DNA from: a virus
IMG/VR virus record: IMGVR_UViG_3300014202_000591
Reading direction: 5' to 3' (one strand)
Length of the DNA: 64,000 nt
Position numbers and translations under genes: made by a program. The notes below the pieces were generated by a model. That model ran no database searches. It worked only from the letters and a program-made list of their open reading frames with translations, and had not been told where the DNA came from. Of the stretch, positions 8,831-18,362 are shown piece after piece. How positions within the stretch are numbered: the stretch's first letter is position 1; every line of letters begins with the position of its first letter.

Positions 8831-9191
8831 TCAACGTCTCTTCCGCGTCTGCCAACTCGTCCAAAAGCTTTGCCCGATTGATTCGCCCCCTCAGCCCGCG
8901 CCGAACCACCAGCGACAGCGGAGATAACTGTAGATGGCGCATCTCGTGGCAAATGGTCCGCTTCTGCTCTGCCCGTGGTGCATCTCGCCGCAGTCGAATA
9001 TAGGCGTGACGCCATGGCACCTCGATTGTGGCGTCGCCTTCGATATGCCCGCCGCCGTGCGCGCTGTCTAGTTGCTCGCCATCGGCAAGATACACTTCAA
9101 TTCGCCACTCGGTCAGCCCCAGGCGCGCGGCCTCCGTTTCGGCGAATTTACGCAGTGAGCGGGGAAAATCGGCGGAGAAGGAGAGGGGCAT
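8796..9191 (-). CDS. Putative HExxH zinc metallopeptidase-like protein
   Basis: RTICHEMRHLQL; coupled to the upstream phosphoesterase. Confidence 0.6.
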   Translation of the reverse strand: MPLSFSADFPRSLRKFAETEAARLGLTEWRIEVYLADGEQLDSAHGGGHIEGDATIEVPWRHAYIRLRRDAPRAEQKRTICHEMRHLQLSPLSLVVRRGLRGRINRAKLLDELADAEETLIETELNARTWR

Positions 9192-10441
9192 TATGCCTCC
9201 CCCACTAAAATCGGCGCAGCAATCGTAAAGCCGCGCCTTGAGTCAAGTAATTGAAACCCCTGCTGCGGCGGTTCCGGCGAGGCGCCAATCGCCTGCGCGT
9301 AGCTATTGAACCCGATCAGCGAGCCATTGACGCAAAAGCGGCGCCAGCGCGCGAACAAATCGAGTTGGTGAAAATGGCCGAGGAAATCACAGTCCGCCCA
9401 TTGTTGCTGATTCGTGCGGGCGATAAATTTATTCAGCGGAATGGTCACACCACCCACCCCGCCCTGAAAGCGCACGTTGTCGCCGTGATGGAAGCGCAAC
9501 GTGTAATCGTAGCAGCGGACATAATTCAAGTAGCCGCTGGTGACTTGGAATTTAATCACCGGGTCGTCTTCAAAAAGCGCCGCCAAGTCGCAATAAGTCA
9601 TCCACTCATAACTGTTTTTGTAGCCGGTCGAAATCCGCCGCTTATCCGTGGTGCGCCCGTGGTTGCCGAAGCTGCACACAACCAAAATCTGCTTAAACTC
9701 GCCAGAATCGCGCAGCATCTTCAGCCCGCCAATCACCAACCGCTTGACCAGAATCGCCTCTTCCGTTGGGCTGAGGTAGTTTGATTCTTCAAGTTCCGGG
9801 TGGATATATCCGGTGATGAGATCACCGCCAAGCCACAAAATCAGGTTGTCAATCCGCACATCCTGCCGCTCTTTGTTGACCAGCTTTAGCCCGTTTTGGA
9901 AGAACTTCGCCGCGCGCTGTTCGGCAATTTCCGGCGTGTAGGTGTTCAATCCGTTGACCGTCGCGGCGTCCACTCGTTCGCCGACGTGCCAATCGGATGC
10001 CATCATAATTGCCGTAGCCTGTCCGCCGTTGATTGAAGGATCAGTCTCAATGCGAATCGGTTCTACTGGTTGCCGAACTGCGGTTGCGGCGTCAAACCGC
10101 GCCTCTGCCTGATGGAGTTCGTCAAGCGCCTGGGTGTATTTTTGCTTGATTTCCCGGAGTTCGATATTGGCACGACGGGCGGCGCGGTCATCGTCTAACG
10201 TGGGCGGCAAATCGGCGGGGATACTCGGCTCCGGCAACTCCACCACCACCGGCTCCGGCGCTGGCGGTGCGAGCATCTGCGCCACCGCCCGCTGTATTGC
10301 CTGCCGGTTGTGCCCCAGTTCCCGCCCCAGGATTGACCAGTTCACTTTTCCCGATTTGGCCATCTGGCGCTCGTAGGCGTCCCAAATTCTGCGCTTCTCA
10401 TCGGGCGTGTAGGCGTCGCCACGTTTGAAAGTCTGGCTCAA
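9191..10441 (-). CDS. Calcineurin-like metallophosphoesterase with N-terminal HTH-like segment
   Basis: Motifs SDWHVG, GGDLITG, GNHGR, HHGD and GHFHQ. Confidence 0.85.
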   Translation of the reverse strand: MSQTFKRGDAYTPDEKRRIWDAYERQMAKSGKVNWSILGRELGHNRQAIQRAVAQMLAPPAPEPVVVELPEPSIPADLPPTLDDDRAARRANIELREIKQKYTQALDELHQAEARFDAATAVRQPVEPIRIETDPSINGGQATAIMMASDWHVGERVDAATVNGLNTYTPEIAEQRAAKFFQNGLKLVNKERQDVRIDNLILWLGGDLITGYIHPELEESNYLSPTEEAILVKRLVIGGLKMLRDSGEFKQILVVCSFGNHGRTTDKRRISTGYKNSYEWMTYCDLAALFEDDPVIKFQVTSGYLNYVRCYDYTLRFHHGDNVRFQGGVGGVTIPLNKFIARTNQQQWADCDFLGHFHQLDLFARWRRFCVNGSLIGFNSYAQAIGASPEPPQQGFQLLDSRRGFTIAAPILVGEA

Positions 10442-10498
10442 TTATTACTCCCTTCTGAGTCAGGCGGCGTGGCACCGTGCCGCATTTATCAGTGGTTA

Positions 10499-10846
10499 TC
10501 AGTTGTCAATTCGTTCGCCCCGTCCGCGCCCGTACCACTGGCGGGCCGTCTCCCGCAGCACACTGGCGGCAGCGGGCGACATGTTCGGCTGGCGCGCCAA
10601 CCACTCGGCAAAGTCGCGCTCGAAATCCGTCCGCACCCGTGCGCGGCGGCTGTCAATCACGTCTTGTTCGGCCTGGGTGAGCGTGATGACCTTATCCGGA
10701 CATCCGTTCTGAATACATGGCGGACAGACGACGGGGGCAGTGCGCGTGATCTTTCGTTTCGCCTTGCGCACGGGCTTTCGCTTGCGCGCTTCGGCGGGAA
10801 GGGGGAGGAGGGAGAGCAGTAAGAGTGTGAGGGCGAAATACTTCAT
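10499..10846 (-). CDS. Secreted hypothetical protein (signal peptide)
   Basis: MKYFALTLLLLSLLPLPAEA|RKRK. Confidence 0.65.
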   Translation of the reverse strand: MKYFALTLLLLSLLPLPAEARKRKPVRKAKRKITRTAPVVCPPCIQNGCPDKVITLTQAEQDVIDSRRARVRTDFERDFAEWLARQPNMSPAAASVLRETARQWYGRGRGERIDN

Positions 10847-11073
10847 AGTTGACTTCTCAAAACCACATGCGCCGGCGGTTCATATCCGTCCGGCAAATCC
10901 GCGCGACGCACGCCCGGCATTGGCCTGCCCCGCCCGGCTTCGTTCCACCATTCGGGAATTGGAATTCCCAACCGTGCGCACTCTGATTCGAGTGTTCCCG
11001 CCGTGTCGAAAACGACGTAATCAGCAGGGGTGATATTGAGCGGTTTTTCAATTTGTTTGTCGCGGTTCATCAT
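10843..11073 (-). CDS. Hypothetical protein
   Basis: Overlapping junctions with both neighbours. Confidence 0.5.
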   Translation of the reverse strand: MMNRDKQIEKPLNITPADYVVFDTAGTLESECARLGIPIPEWWNEAGRGRPMPGVRRADLPDGYEPPAHVVLRSQL

Positions 11074-12731
11074 TACCCCTCAATCACGCGAAACGCATAG
11101 CTGATGGCATTCGTGCCATAGCCCACCACGCGAACATCCGAATCCATGTAAACCACCTTGCGAATCTGCCGGATTTTGTCTTCGTAAATCAGCCGCAACC
11201 CAGGGTAATGTTCATCCCAAAACGCCTGCGCGGCGCTGTATTCCGTCAGGCTGCGGTCGCGGAAGTTCAACTCAAACGGTTCAAACGCCTCGTCGTTGTA
11301 ATCCTTGACGCGCGCCGTTCGGCTTCGATCCTCTGCCCGGCTCACCAGCACCGTTTTGCGCCGCTCCCAGTTCACGTCACGCTGCGGGTCATAGGGGAAA
11401 TGTTTCAGCACTAGGATTTCCGCTGTCACCGTGTAGGTTCCATTGGTCGCCGTGACCAGTGCAGTGAGTTGCGATTGATTCGGCGCAGTCCATGTGACCG
11501 TGCTGCCCGTTGTCGCGCTGAGCGTGCCGAGGTCTTTTGTCCAGTTGATCGTGCCGCTCATGTTGGTGGTCAGGGTCAGCACCTCGCCAAGCTTCGCGGC
11601 AGTAGTGGCCACGCTTGTGCTGGTCGTGATGGTCATCACCGCCGGAACGGTCACGGTGACGCTGACTTCCTGATCCCCGTAGGCCGCAACGAGCACGGAT
11701 GCCCCCGGCGCAGTGGCTGCGGTGTATTCGCCGTTGGCAAAGCTGCCGCCGCCGCTCGCAACCGACCAGGTGACAATCTTGCTTTGTGCGTCGTCGTAAT
11801 TGGTCTTGAAGCGGTACTTTTCGCCCGGCTGAAGCGTGACACTGGTTAAACCGAGGACGCTCAGCGGCGGGATGATGACCGTGGCAGTGTAGGATTGAAG
11901 CGCTTCGTCACCGATTACAGCAGTAAGCGTGAAAATCCCCGGCTGATTGCCCGCCGTGTACCGCACTTGCCAAGTGTCGGTTGAATCGTTCAACGTGCCG
12001 CCAGTGGCCGTCCAGTTTGTATCGGACGAATCCGAGGGCAAAATATCCCATGTGCCGGTGAATGTCGGCGGACTGATAATGGCAGGCGTAACGGCAAACG
12101 TGCCATCGCCAAACACGCTGGCGCGAAGCGGATATTCAGTCGCGGTGGTGACTTCGTAGGTGGTTTCGGTCACGCCGTTGATGGCGAGCCGAAAAATGTT
12201 GCCGCTTACCTCCAAGTAGTACGTGTCGCCGCTGGCAATCGTGTGACTCACGGTGTCAATCGTAGAACCGCCTTCATCTTTCACCACGGTCGAAGTTGGC
12301 CCGGCGTGTACAAAAATTCCATGTGTGGGCAAGCGCGTACCCACGCCGAAAAGATAAAACTGAATCGTCGCGCCGCTGGACGGGATCATTGCTGGGGAAA
12401 TCGTCCACTGCACGCCAGCAATTCCCGCGTGTACGCGCGGCTCAATTGCTGCGCCGAACAAGCCGGTGGTGATGCGCTCCAGTGATTGGTCGTCCGTGTT
12501 TAGTGTCACATTCGTCAGCGTCCGCCACACCACCGGCGGCGGCGTTGAGCGCACGGTGAACGTTTGCATATCGCCCGGCAAAACGGTGATCAATTGCGGA
12601 TAAATATCGGTCGGCATAACAGTGCTCCTTCTCGGCGGTTGCGGTCGCTCGTTTAGCCACGGACGCCACTGCGCAAACGCGCAGGACGTGAAGCCGAGCA
12701 GAAAAATCGCAGTTAAAAGTGTTTTTCTCAT
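11073..12731 (-). CDS. Tail protein with Ig-like repeats and C-terminal distal-tail-like domain; N-terminal signal peptide
   Basis: Thr-rich Ig-type repeats (VTWSVASGGGSFANGEYTAA, TINWTKDLGTLSATTGSTVTWTAP); C-terminal FELNFRDRS..EY.AAQAFWDEH resembles Dit; lies in the tail module. Confidence 0.65.
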   Translation of the reverse strand: MRKTLLTAIFLLGFTSCAFAQWRPWLNERPQPPRRSTVMPTDIYPQLITVLPGDMQTFTVRSTPPPVVWRTLTNVTLNTDDQSLERITTGLFGAAIEPRVHAGIAGVQWTISPAMIPSSGATIQFYLFGVGTRLPTHGIFVHAGPTSTVVKDEGGSTIDTVSHTIASGDTYYLEVSGNIFRLAINGVTETTYEVTTATEYPLRASVFGDGTFAVTPAIISPPTFTGTWDILPSDSSDTNWTATGGTLNDSTDTWQVRYTAGNQPGIFTLTAVIGDEALQSYTATVIIPPLSVLGLTSVTLQPGEKYRFKTNYDDAQSKIVTWSVASGGGSFANGEYTAATAPGASVLVAAYGDQEVSVTVTVPAVMTITTSTSVATTAAKLGEVLTLTTNMSGTINWTKDLGTLSATTGSTVTWTAPNQSQLTALVTATNGTYTVTAEILVLKHFPYDPQRDVNWERRKTVLVSRAEDRSRTARVKDYNDEAFEPFELNFRDRSLTEYSAAQAFWDEHYPGLRLIYEDKIRQIRKVVYMDSDVRVVGYGTNAISYAFRVIEG

Positions 12732-14125
12732 GGTTCTAAAGCCTCCTGGATTGGTTTGTGCGCCGTGTCTGAATAAAGCTCGTCGCGCAAAACCAACAGG
12801 GTAAAATCAACCTCATCAGCGGTCTTCTCTCCGCTGTCCGGCGACGCGCTCAGTACTAGGCATTTTTGATACGTGTAGCCCAACACCGGGTGAGTAACCG
12901 TGACGTAATCGCCCGGCAAGACGTGCATGCTCGTGCCGTCGCCGCGCAGATTCACAGTGAACGGGTTGTCGGATTCGATGCGAAGCTGCCGCTCCAGCAG
13001 CCTGAACGCCTGGCTGTAGTTCATATTCGGGAACTGCCGCTCGCTCTTCACGATTCCCACTTTGGCAATCAGTTCGGGCCGCTTGGCCACAACGGATACT
13101 TCGGCCAAATAGGGGTCGTCCAGATCACGGAACTTGGCCACCAGGTAATTGGGGCGGGAACGAATATCGGACGGCGATTGGCTCACGCTGCCCGCAACAA
13201 TATTGCTGCGCGTGCGCGCCGTTGGGTCGTAGTGGAAATGATGCACCGGATCGTGCGGCGCGGGCGTGACGAACTGGAACTGCTCGCCATCGTCTTGCCA
13301 GAACGCGCCGGAAGATGCGGTGATTTGGTCGAGGGCGCTGGCCAAATCAACCTCGCCGGTGAACACGACGTGCGATTCAAAGCGGGCAATGTCCACCGTG
13401 GACGTGCCATTGTCCCAGCTAATTTCCTCCGCGTTGTAGGCGCGCCATTCAGCATAGCTCGCCCAATTCACGCGGGCGCGAAACAGGCTAAAGGCGAGAT
13501 CAAGGTCGTCTTCGTATCGCTGCTCATAGAATGCCCGGATGCGGTCAACTGCGTGGTCGGCGGCATTGGTCGAATAGACGAACTCAACCTCGTTTCCGTG
13601 TTCGTCGTAGCGCCAGGTCTTTTTACACTTCGCCCGCCAGACGAATTTGTCTGGCCGGTCTTCGGTGCTGAACCGCTCCGGCAGCTTGACCGCCACGTAG
13701 GCGGTGCCGGAATAGGCGATGCCGGACGATAAAAATGGATTGACCGCCTGAGTGGCGTCATTGATCGCCGTGCTGATCGTGCCGGGGTAGAACAGCCAGC
13801 CGGGACCAGAGGCAACCGATTCGTCAATTTCCTCGCCCGCGTACCAGGCCGTAACAACAGAATCCCAAACGCCCTCGCCGCCCGCTTGAATGAAGATACT
13901 CGACGGCGGCGGGCCGACGTTGTATTTCGTGGCAATCAAATGGCCCTTTACCAAGTGCTCGCCAAACGCGGTGGCAAGCTGGCCGTCCGGCCCGTTGATC
14001 AATTCGTCCAATGCGGGCGCGGAGGCACTGCCGGTGCCGGAATCGCCGGAACCGGTGCCATTGCCAGTGCCGGAATCGCCGCCAGAAACTTCGGCCAGTT
14101 TGTCGAAGAGGTCGGTAAAGCTCAT
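12728..14125 (-). CDS. Tail tip / baseplate hub protein (gpJ/Tal-like)
   Basis: SGIAYSGTAYVAVKL, LDQITASSGAFWQDDGEQFQF and NYLVAKFRDLDDPY motifs; position in the tail module. Confidence 0.75.
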   Translation of the reverse strand: MSFTDLFDKLAEVSGGDSGTGNGTGSGDSGTGSASAPALDELINGPDGQLATAFGEHLVKGHLIATKYNVGPPPSSIFIQAGGEGVWDSVVTAWYAGEEIDESVASGPGWLFYPGTISTAINDATQAVNPFLSSGIAYSGTAYVAVKLPERFSTEDRPDKFVWRAKCKKTWRYDEHGNEVEFVYSTNAADHAVDRIRAFYEQRYEDDLDLAFSLFRARVNWASYAEWRAYNAEEISWDNGTSTVDIARFESHVVFTGEVDLASALDQITASSGAFWQDDGEQFQFVTPAPHDPVHHFHYDPTARTRSNIVAGSVSQSPSDIRSRPNYLVAKFRDLDDPYLAEVSVVAKRPELIAKVGIVKSERQFPNMNYSQAFRLLERQLRIESDNPFTVNLRGDGTSMHVLPGDYVTVTHPVLGYTYQKCLVLSASPDSGEKTADEVDFTLLVLRDELYSDTAHKPIQEALEP

Positions 14126-17100
14126 GCCAGCACCTCAATCGTCGCATTGTCAGTTTGAAAATAATTATCCGCATCGCTCGCGCTGAATTGCGCGGTCACA
14201 TCCAGCACCCGCGAAGTAGTTGTGTTAATTGCGGTTGAGTTCGTCGTCACGTTGGGCATATAAACCACGCCGCTGGAATCGGTGATCAGCCACGCCAGCC
14301 GCCAATAGACCACCCCGCTCGATCCCGCCGTGTTCAGCGCGCCGACAGCCTCCAGTGACCACGCCTGATCAACCAGGCCATCGGGCAGAGTGAAGGTCGC
14401 CGTAACCATCGTTGTGCCGCCAGTGCGAACGCGCATGGTGAGCGTTCCGGCGCTACTGGCTTTTGTGCCGAATAGGCCGCCCGCTGTGATGCGGATTTGA
14501 TTGCCAACTGCCAGGCGATTGGCGGCAATGGTTTTTGTTCCGACGCCGGTGTCGGCAATGATGGAAGTTGCGGCGGAGGTGGTGTCGAAACTGCTCTGCG
14601 CGCTGCTGCGCCACATGGTTGCGCTGAGGTCTTCGGTTTGGCCGCTGATTCGCGCAGAAATGGCGTTGCGCGCGCTGCTGCGCCAAATATCGCTATCGGT
14701 TGGTGAGCCGGGATCGGAGCGGGCGGCAAGGAAGAATGTTCCGGCAAGGTAGAGGTCTTTCCAATTGATTGCGCTCGTTCCCAGATCGTCGGTGTTGTTC
14801 GTGTCGGAGACGAGGGTTGTGTTGATCGCCACGGAGGCGAGGTTATCCAGTGCAGTCGTTGCGCCAGAGCCGCCGCCGGGCGCATACGCGGCGATGACTC
14901 GGTAGTCATCCGCGCTATGCGGGACAAGGACAACGGCTCCCTTGTCTGCGCTGATAACGTATGAACCCGCGCCGTTGACCGTTCCGCCACTGCTGGCCTG
15001 AATTGTAATGTTGTTCGTCGTCGCGCCCGCTGACGAAACATCTTTAATGATGATAATTTCGTTACTGCTATTCAGCGCCCATCCCGGCCAGTATAGTGTG
15101 ATCGTGATTGGCGCGGAATGATTGCATTCAATGTAGCGAACACCGGGACCGACAAACGTCGTGCTAGATGTAATCGTCTGGACGGGCAGAAAACCGTCCA
15201 TTCGCGGCAATGGCCATGTTGCCGACGTGGTATCATTGCGAAAATTGGAAACAAACTTATCGCCTGAAATCTTGGGGCCGCGCCCATTAGTGGCAACCTG
15301 CGGAATAACGCCTGCGGTTGCCGGGTATGCAGTGACGTGGATTGGCTCACTGTTCGCGTAATACGACGCGGGTGAATTGGAAAAACCGCAATCATCATCA
15401 ATCGCGCCTAAAACGGCCTGCGAAAGCGGATAGAAAATCTCATCTGTATGACTCACTACCACGCCTGAAACCGTTGTGCTGGCGTTTGCCGCAAGGGTAA
15501 AGGTCGTGCCGGAGATATTGGAAACCGTAGTTGTCAGGTCTGCGCCGGCAATGCCCGCGCCCGCGACCTTGATACCCTGCCCAATTGTCCATGTTACGGC
15601 ATTGGCAACCGTCAGTGTCGGGGAACCGCTATTGATCGCGCCGGTTGTTTCCGTCGGATTAACCTGGCAAGCATCATATAAAACCGCCTTGTACGAACCA
15701 GACGAAGCGCCATCCCCGACCCAGGTGCAGGAGTGAAACGACGCGCGGCTATTGAACAAGCATTGCACGCCACCAGAAGTGCTGGATTCAAAATTACAGC
15801 CCTCGAACCGAACGAACGCGGACCCGTTTGCTGTCGTTTCCCCGTACAGGCCAGTGCGCCGCCCAATCGTCACGCACCATTCGGGATTGTTGCCGCCATA
15901 GATGCTGTTGCAATCCCGCATGATGATAGACCCGGACTGGATGTGGTATCCGGTGCGGTAACTGTCATGGATCACGCCACTGTCGCAATGACGGAACGTC
16001 AGCACGGGCATATTCGGCGCGTTGATGATGTAGTTCCCGCCCGCGCAATTACTGACGTAGATGTTCTCAAAAAACGAACTGAAGACCCTGCCGACATACA
16101 ACCCCGGCCCGCCGCAGTTTTCAATATAGACATTGCGGACATGCAGAAGCGCCCCGTAAAGCCCGTCATCGAACCGAAGGCCGATTTGATTACTGCCCGC
16201 CGTCACGCTGCCCCTGATCCTGATATTTTCAATGGGCGGAAGCTCAAAGGAAGACTGCCCGCAATCCACGATGGGCGCGTTACTGGTTGAGCAGATGACA
16301 ACTTCGCCTTGTGATGAACCGGCAAGCTTGACGTGGCCATTGATTGTCAACCCAGTGACCTTAAACTCGCCCGCCGGTAAAAACACCGTGCCACCGCCCG
16401 CTGCCTCTGCTGCGTCAATCGCCGCCTGAATTGCCGTGGTTGCATCGGTGGTTCCGTCTGTTGGCGCGCCGTGGTCAAAGACGACATTGAACAGTTTGGT
16501 CGGAATCCCTTTCGGCGTGATGACGGTCTGCTTATTGGTCGCGTCGTTCGCGACGTTGAACGCCTCGTTATTCAACGCAAAAAACGGCTGCTGCTGTGCC
16601 GGCGTCGTCACCGTAGCGAGGTCAGTGCTGACCAGTTTGACAAGCTGATTACTCGCGGGAATTGGCGCTGCCGCCGCGCCAGCAATGGATGCCTGACTCT
16701 TGATATACGCAAACCCCCCAAACCGCGCCCGGTTATTTGTCCCACTATGCCGCGCTGAACATCCATCCGCGTGGTCAAGCAGGTAGTTACACGTCAGGAA
16801 ATCGCTCGTGCTGCCGCACTGCGGCCCTTTGTAACCGCCAATCACTTCCCAGCGGCAATTGCGAACCACCGGCTGCGATGCGCCTACATTCAGCGCCGCA
16901 TAGGCATCGCTCACCAGGGCGAGGCGCGCCGTGTTCTCGTTCACGTCCACGCCGACCACTGCGCCAGTCAGAAGGTATTTGTGGAAGATCGCCCCGCTAC
17001 CAATGTCGCGCCAATAGCGGCCAAATCTCACTCGCGCGCCGTAGAACGATTCGCTGGCGTTGATCAGTTCGATCCCCAGCACCGTGTCTACGTTTTGGAG

Positions 17101-17328
17101 ATCAACGGTCACACGATCCGCCGCGCGCGTCAGGCTTTGCTTCATCGCAGACGTGTCGCGCAATTGCGCCGAGTGCTTCACGCCGCCGACCGTGACGGGC
17201 GCGGTGGCAAAGTACAACGTGCGTGCGCCGGTTGCGCTGTCGGGCAGCGTGAGTTCAAGCGTGGAGTGCGTTTCAAGCGTGCCGCGCTTGAGCGCTTCGG
17301 CCAGTCCGGTTGGTAAAATACGTGGCAT
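14122..17328 (-). CDS. Minor tail protein (gpL/DUF2163-like N-terminus) fused to a pectate-lyase-like beta-helix tailspike
   Basis: Start MPRILPT at 17328; NCRW...YKGPQCG...TCNY...GC..RH...N..RFGGF Cys cluster; NVVFDHGAPTDGTTDATTAIQAAIDAAEAAGGGTVFLPAGEF starts a beta-helix. Confidence 0.78.
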   Translation of the reverse strand: MPRILPTGLAEALKRGTLETHSTLELTLPDSATGARTLYFATAPVTVGGVKHSAQLRDTSAMKQSLTRAADRVTVDLQNVDTVLGIELINASESFYGARVRFGRYWRDIGSGAIFHKYLLTGAVVGVDVNENTARLALVSDAYAALNVGASQPVVRNCRWEVIGGYKGPQCGSTSDFLTCNYLLDHADGCSARHSGTNNRARFGGFAYIKSQASIAGAAAAPIPASNQLVKLVSTDLATVTTPAQQQPFFALNNEAFNVANDATNKQTVITPKGIPTKLFNVVFDHGAPTDGTTDATTAIQAAIDAAEAAGGGTVFLPAGEFKVTGLTINGHVKLAGSSQGEVVICSTSNAPIVDCGQSSFELPPIENIRIRGSVTAGSNQIGLRFDDGLYGALLHVRNVYIENCGGPGLYVGRVFSSFFENIYVSNCAGGNYIINAPNMPVLTFRHCDSGVIHDSYRTGYHIQSGSIIMRDCNSIYGGNNPEWCVTIGRRTGLYGETTANGSAFVRFEGCNFESSTSGGVQCLFNSRASFHSCTWVGDGASSGSYKAVLYDACQVNPTETTGAINSGSPTLTVANAVTWTIGQGIKVAGAGIAGADLTTTVSNISGTTFTLAANASTTVSGVVVSHTDEIFYPLSQAVLGAIDDDCGFSNSPASYYANSEPIHVTAYPATAGVIPQVATNGRGPKISGDKFVSNFRNDTTSATWPLPRMDGFLPVQTITSSTTFVGPGVRYIECNHSAPITITLYWPGWALNSSNEIIIIKDVSSAGATTNNITIQASSGGTVNGAGSYVISADKGAVVLVPHSADDYRVIAAYAPGGGSGATTALDNLASVAINTTLVSDTNNTDDLGTSAINWKDLYLAGTFFLAARSDPGSPTDSDIWRSSARNAISARISGQTEDLSATMWRSSAQSSFDTTSAATSIIADTGVGTKTIAANRLAVGNQIRITAGGLFGTKASSAGTLTMRVRTGGTTMVTATFTLPDGLVDQAWSLEAVGALNTAGSSGVVYWRLAWLITDSSGVVYMPNVTTNSTAINTTTSRVLDVTAQFSASDADNYFQTDNATIEVLA

Positions 17329-17426
17329 AGGTTCGCGGTGGCGAACCGGAGGTGTGGTTATTGGGTGTGGTGGCAGGGGGAGTATAGCACGGCGAAAAAT
17401 AATTTCAGATTTTAATGATTTTCCCC

Positions 17427-17455
17427 TTGCGCTCAGGTAGCTATTTGAGTATATT
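17427..17455 (+). promoter_or_regulatory. Sigma70-like promoter for the plus-strand moron
   Basis: TTGCGC-17 bp-TATATT upstream of an AAGGAG RBS and the ATG at 17493. Confidence 0.6.
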
Positions 17456-17492
17456 CCGTCTCGCCCCAGAAAACAAAAAGGAGAAAAAGAAA

Positions 17493-17900
17493 ATGGCAAC
17501 CACGAAGAAAAACACAAAACGAAACGCGGCGGCGAAGCCGGTAAAACTGACGCGGCGCACGGCACTGGCCGTGGGCAGCACCTACGGCGGCGCAGCCAGC
17601 GCGCTGAGCTTCTACGCGGCACACTACGCCCTGCCCGCCGCCACTGGCGCACGGTGGTACGCGGTGCTGGCGGCAGTGGTCGCGGGCCTGCTGCTGAGCG
17701 CGCCCACCTGCTACCGCACCATTGTGCGGATCAAGGGCGAGGACACGCTGGGCCGGGTCACGGCGGCGGGCATGGTCGTCCTGTTTGAAACACTGATGTG
17801 CGTGCTGGCCGGCCCGGCGGCATACGTCGCCGGTGCGCTGGTGCTCGGCATTAACGCCTGGAGCGGCGCACAGCAGGCATCCGCCAAGCTCACCCGATAA
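17493..17900 (+). CDS. Multi-pass membrane protein (moron)
   Basis: Basic N-terminus followed by about 4 hydrophobic segments; antisense to the tail genes. Confidence 0.75.
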   Translation: MATTKKNTKRNAAAKPVKLTRRTALAVGSTYGGAASALSFYAAHYALPAATGARWYAVLAAVVAGLLLSAPTCYRTIVRIKGEDTLGRVTAAGMVVLFETLMCVLAGPAAYVAGALVLGINAWSGAQQASAKLTR

Positions 17901-17928
17901 CGGGTGGGCTTCGGCCAAAGGAGAGAGC

Positions 17929-18045
17929 ATGAAAAATCGGCTTGACGAAGAGGTCGCGCCCGGCACGTTCCTGCGCTGGGCAGTTGGTGCGGCGGCTGTT
18001 GTCGCCGTGGTTGTGTGGCTGATCCTGAAGGCGGTGACGCAATGA
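17929..18045 (+). CDS. Small single-TM protein (moron)
   Basis: AAGGAG RBS; MKNRLDEEVAPGTFLRWAVGAAAVVAVVVWLILKAVTQ. Confidence 0.6.
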   Translation: MKNRLDEEVAPGTFLRWAVGAAAVVAVVVWLILKAVTQ

Positions 18046-18305
18046 CGCAGCGCAAGGCGTCCTTCGCCGACGACGAATGGGCGGCAATCCTGGCTCTGTC
18101 TGGCCTGCCGCTCACGCGTCCCACCAAGCGGCAACCGAACGGCGCGCCCGTGCCGGATAGTGAGCATATACGCGCCGCCATTTGCGCCTTGGCGGCGCTG
18201 GCTGGCCGCGATGACCTAAACGGGCTGTTTGAGCCGCGCACGGCGGGCGGCGTTCGTCCGGGCGGGTTCGGGTCGCTGAAAAAGCAAAAGAGCGGCGAGG
18301 GTTGA
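18042..18305 (+). CDS. Hypothetical protein (moron; possible RHH-like regulator)
   Basis: ATGA overlap with the upstream gene; RKASFADDEWAAI...SEHIRAAI. Confidence 0.55.
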   Translation: MTQRKASFADDEWAAILALSGLPLTRPTKRQPNGAPVPDSEHIRAAICALAALAGRDDLNGLFEPRTAGGVRPGGFGSLKKQKSGEG

Positions 18306-18362
18306 TTCCCCGCCGCTCCCCCTCCGACTCGCATGTGCCACCACACGATTCAGAAAGAATTC

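Noticed and set aside
11073-17328. Diversity-generating retroelement acting on tail genes
   Set aside because: No reverse transcriptase and no template/variable repeat pair differing at adenines was seen in the window.
17329-17652. 5' extensions given by the ORF track for 14122-17652, 37477-41961, 57827-59140 and 59037-62054
   Set aside because: The extensions overlap other genes or non-coding structure. Downstream starts fit better, through an RBS, a gene-junction overlap or a signal peptide at the N-terminus.
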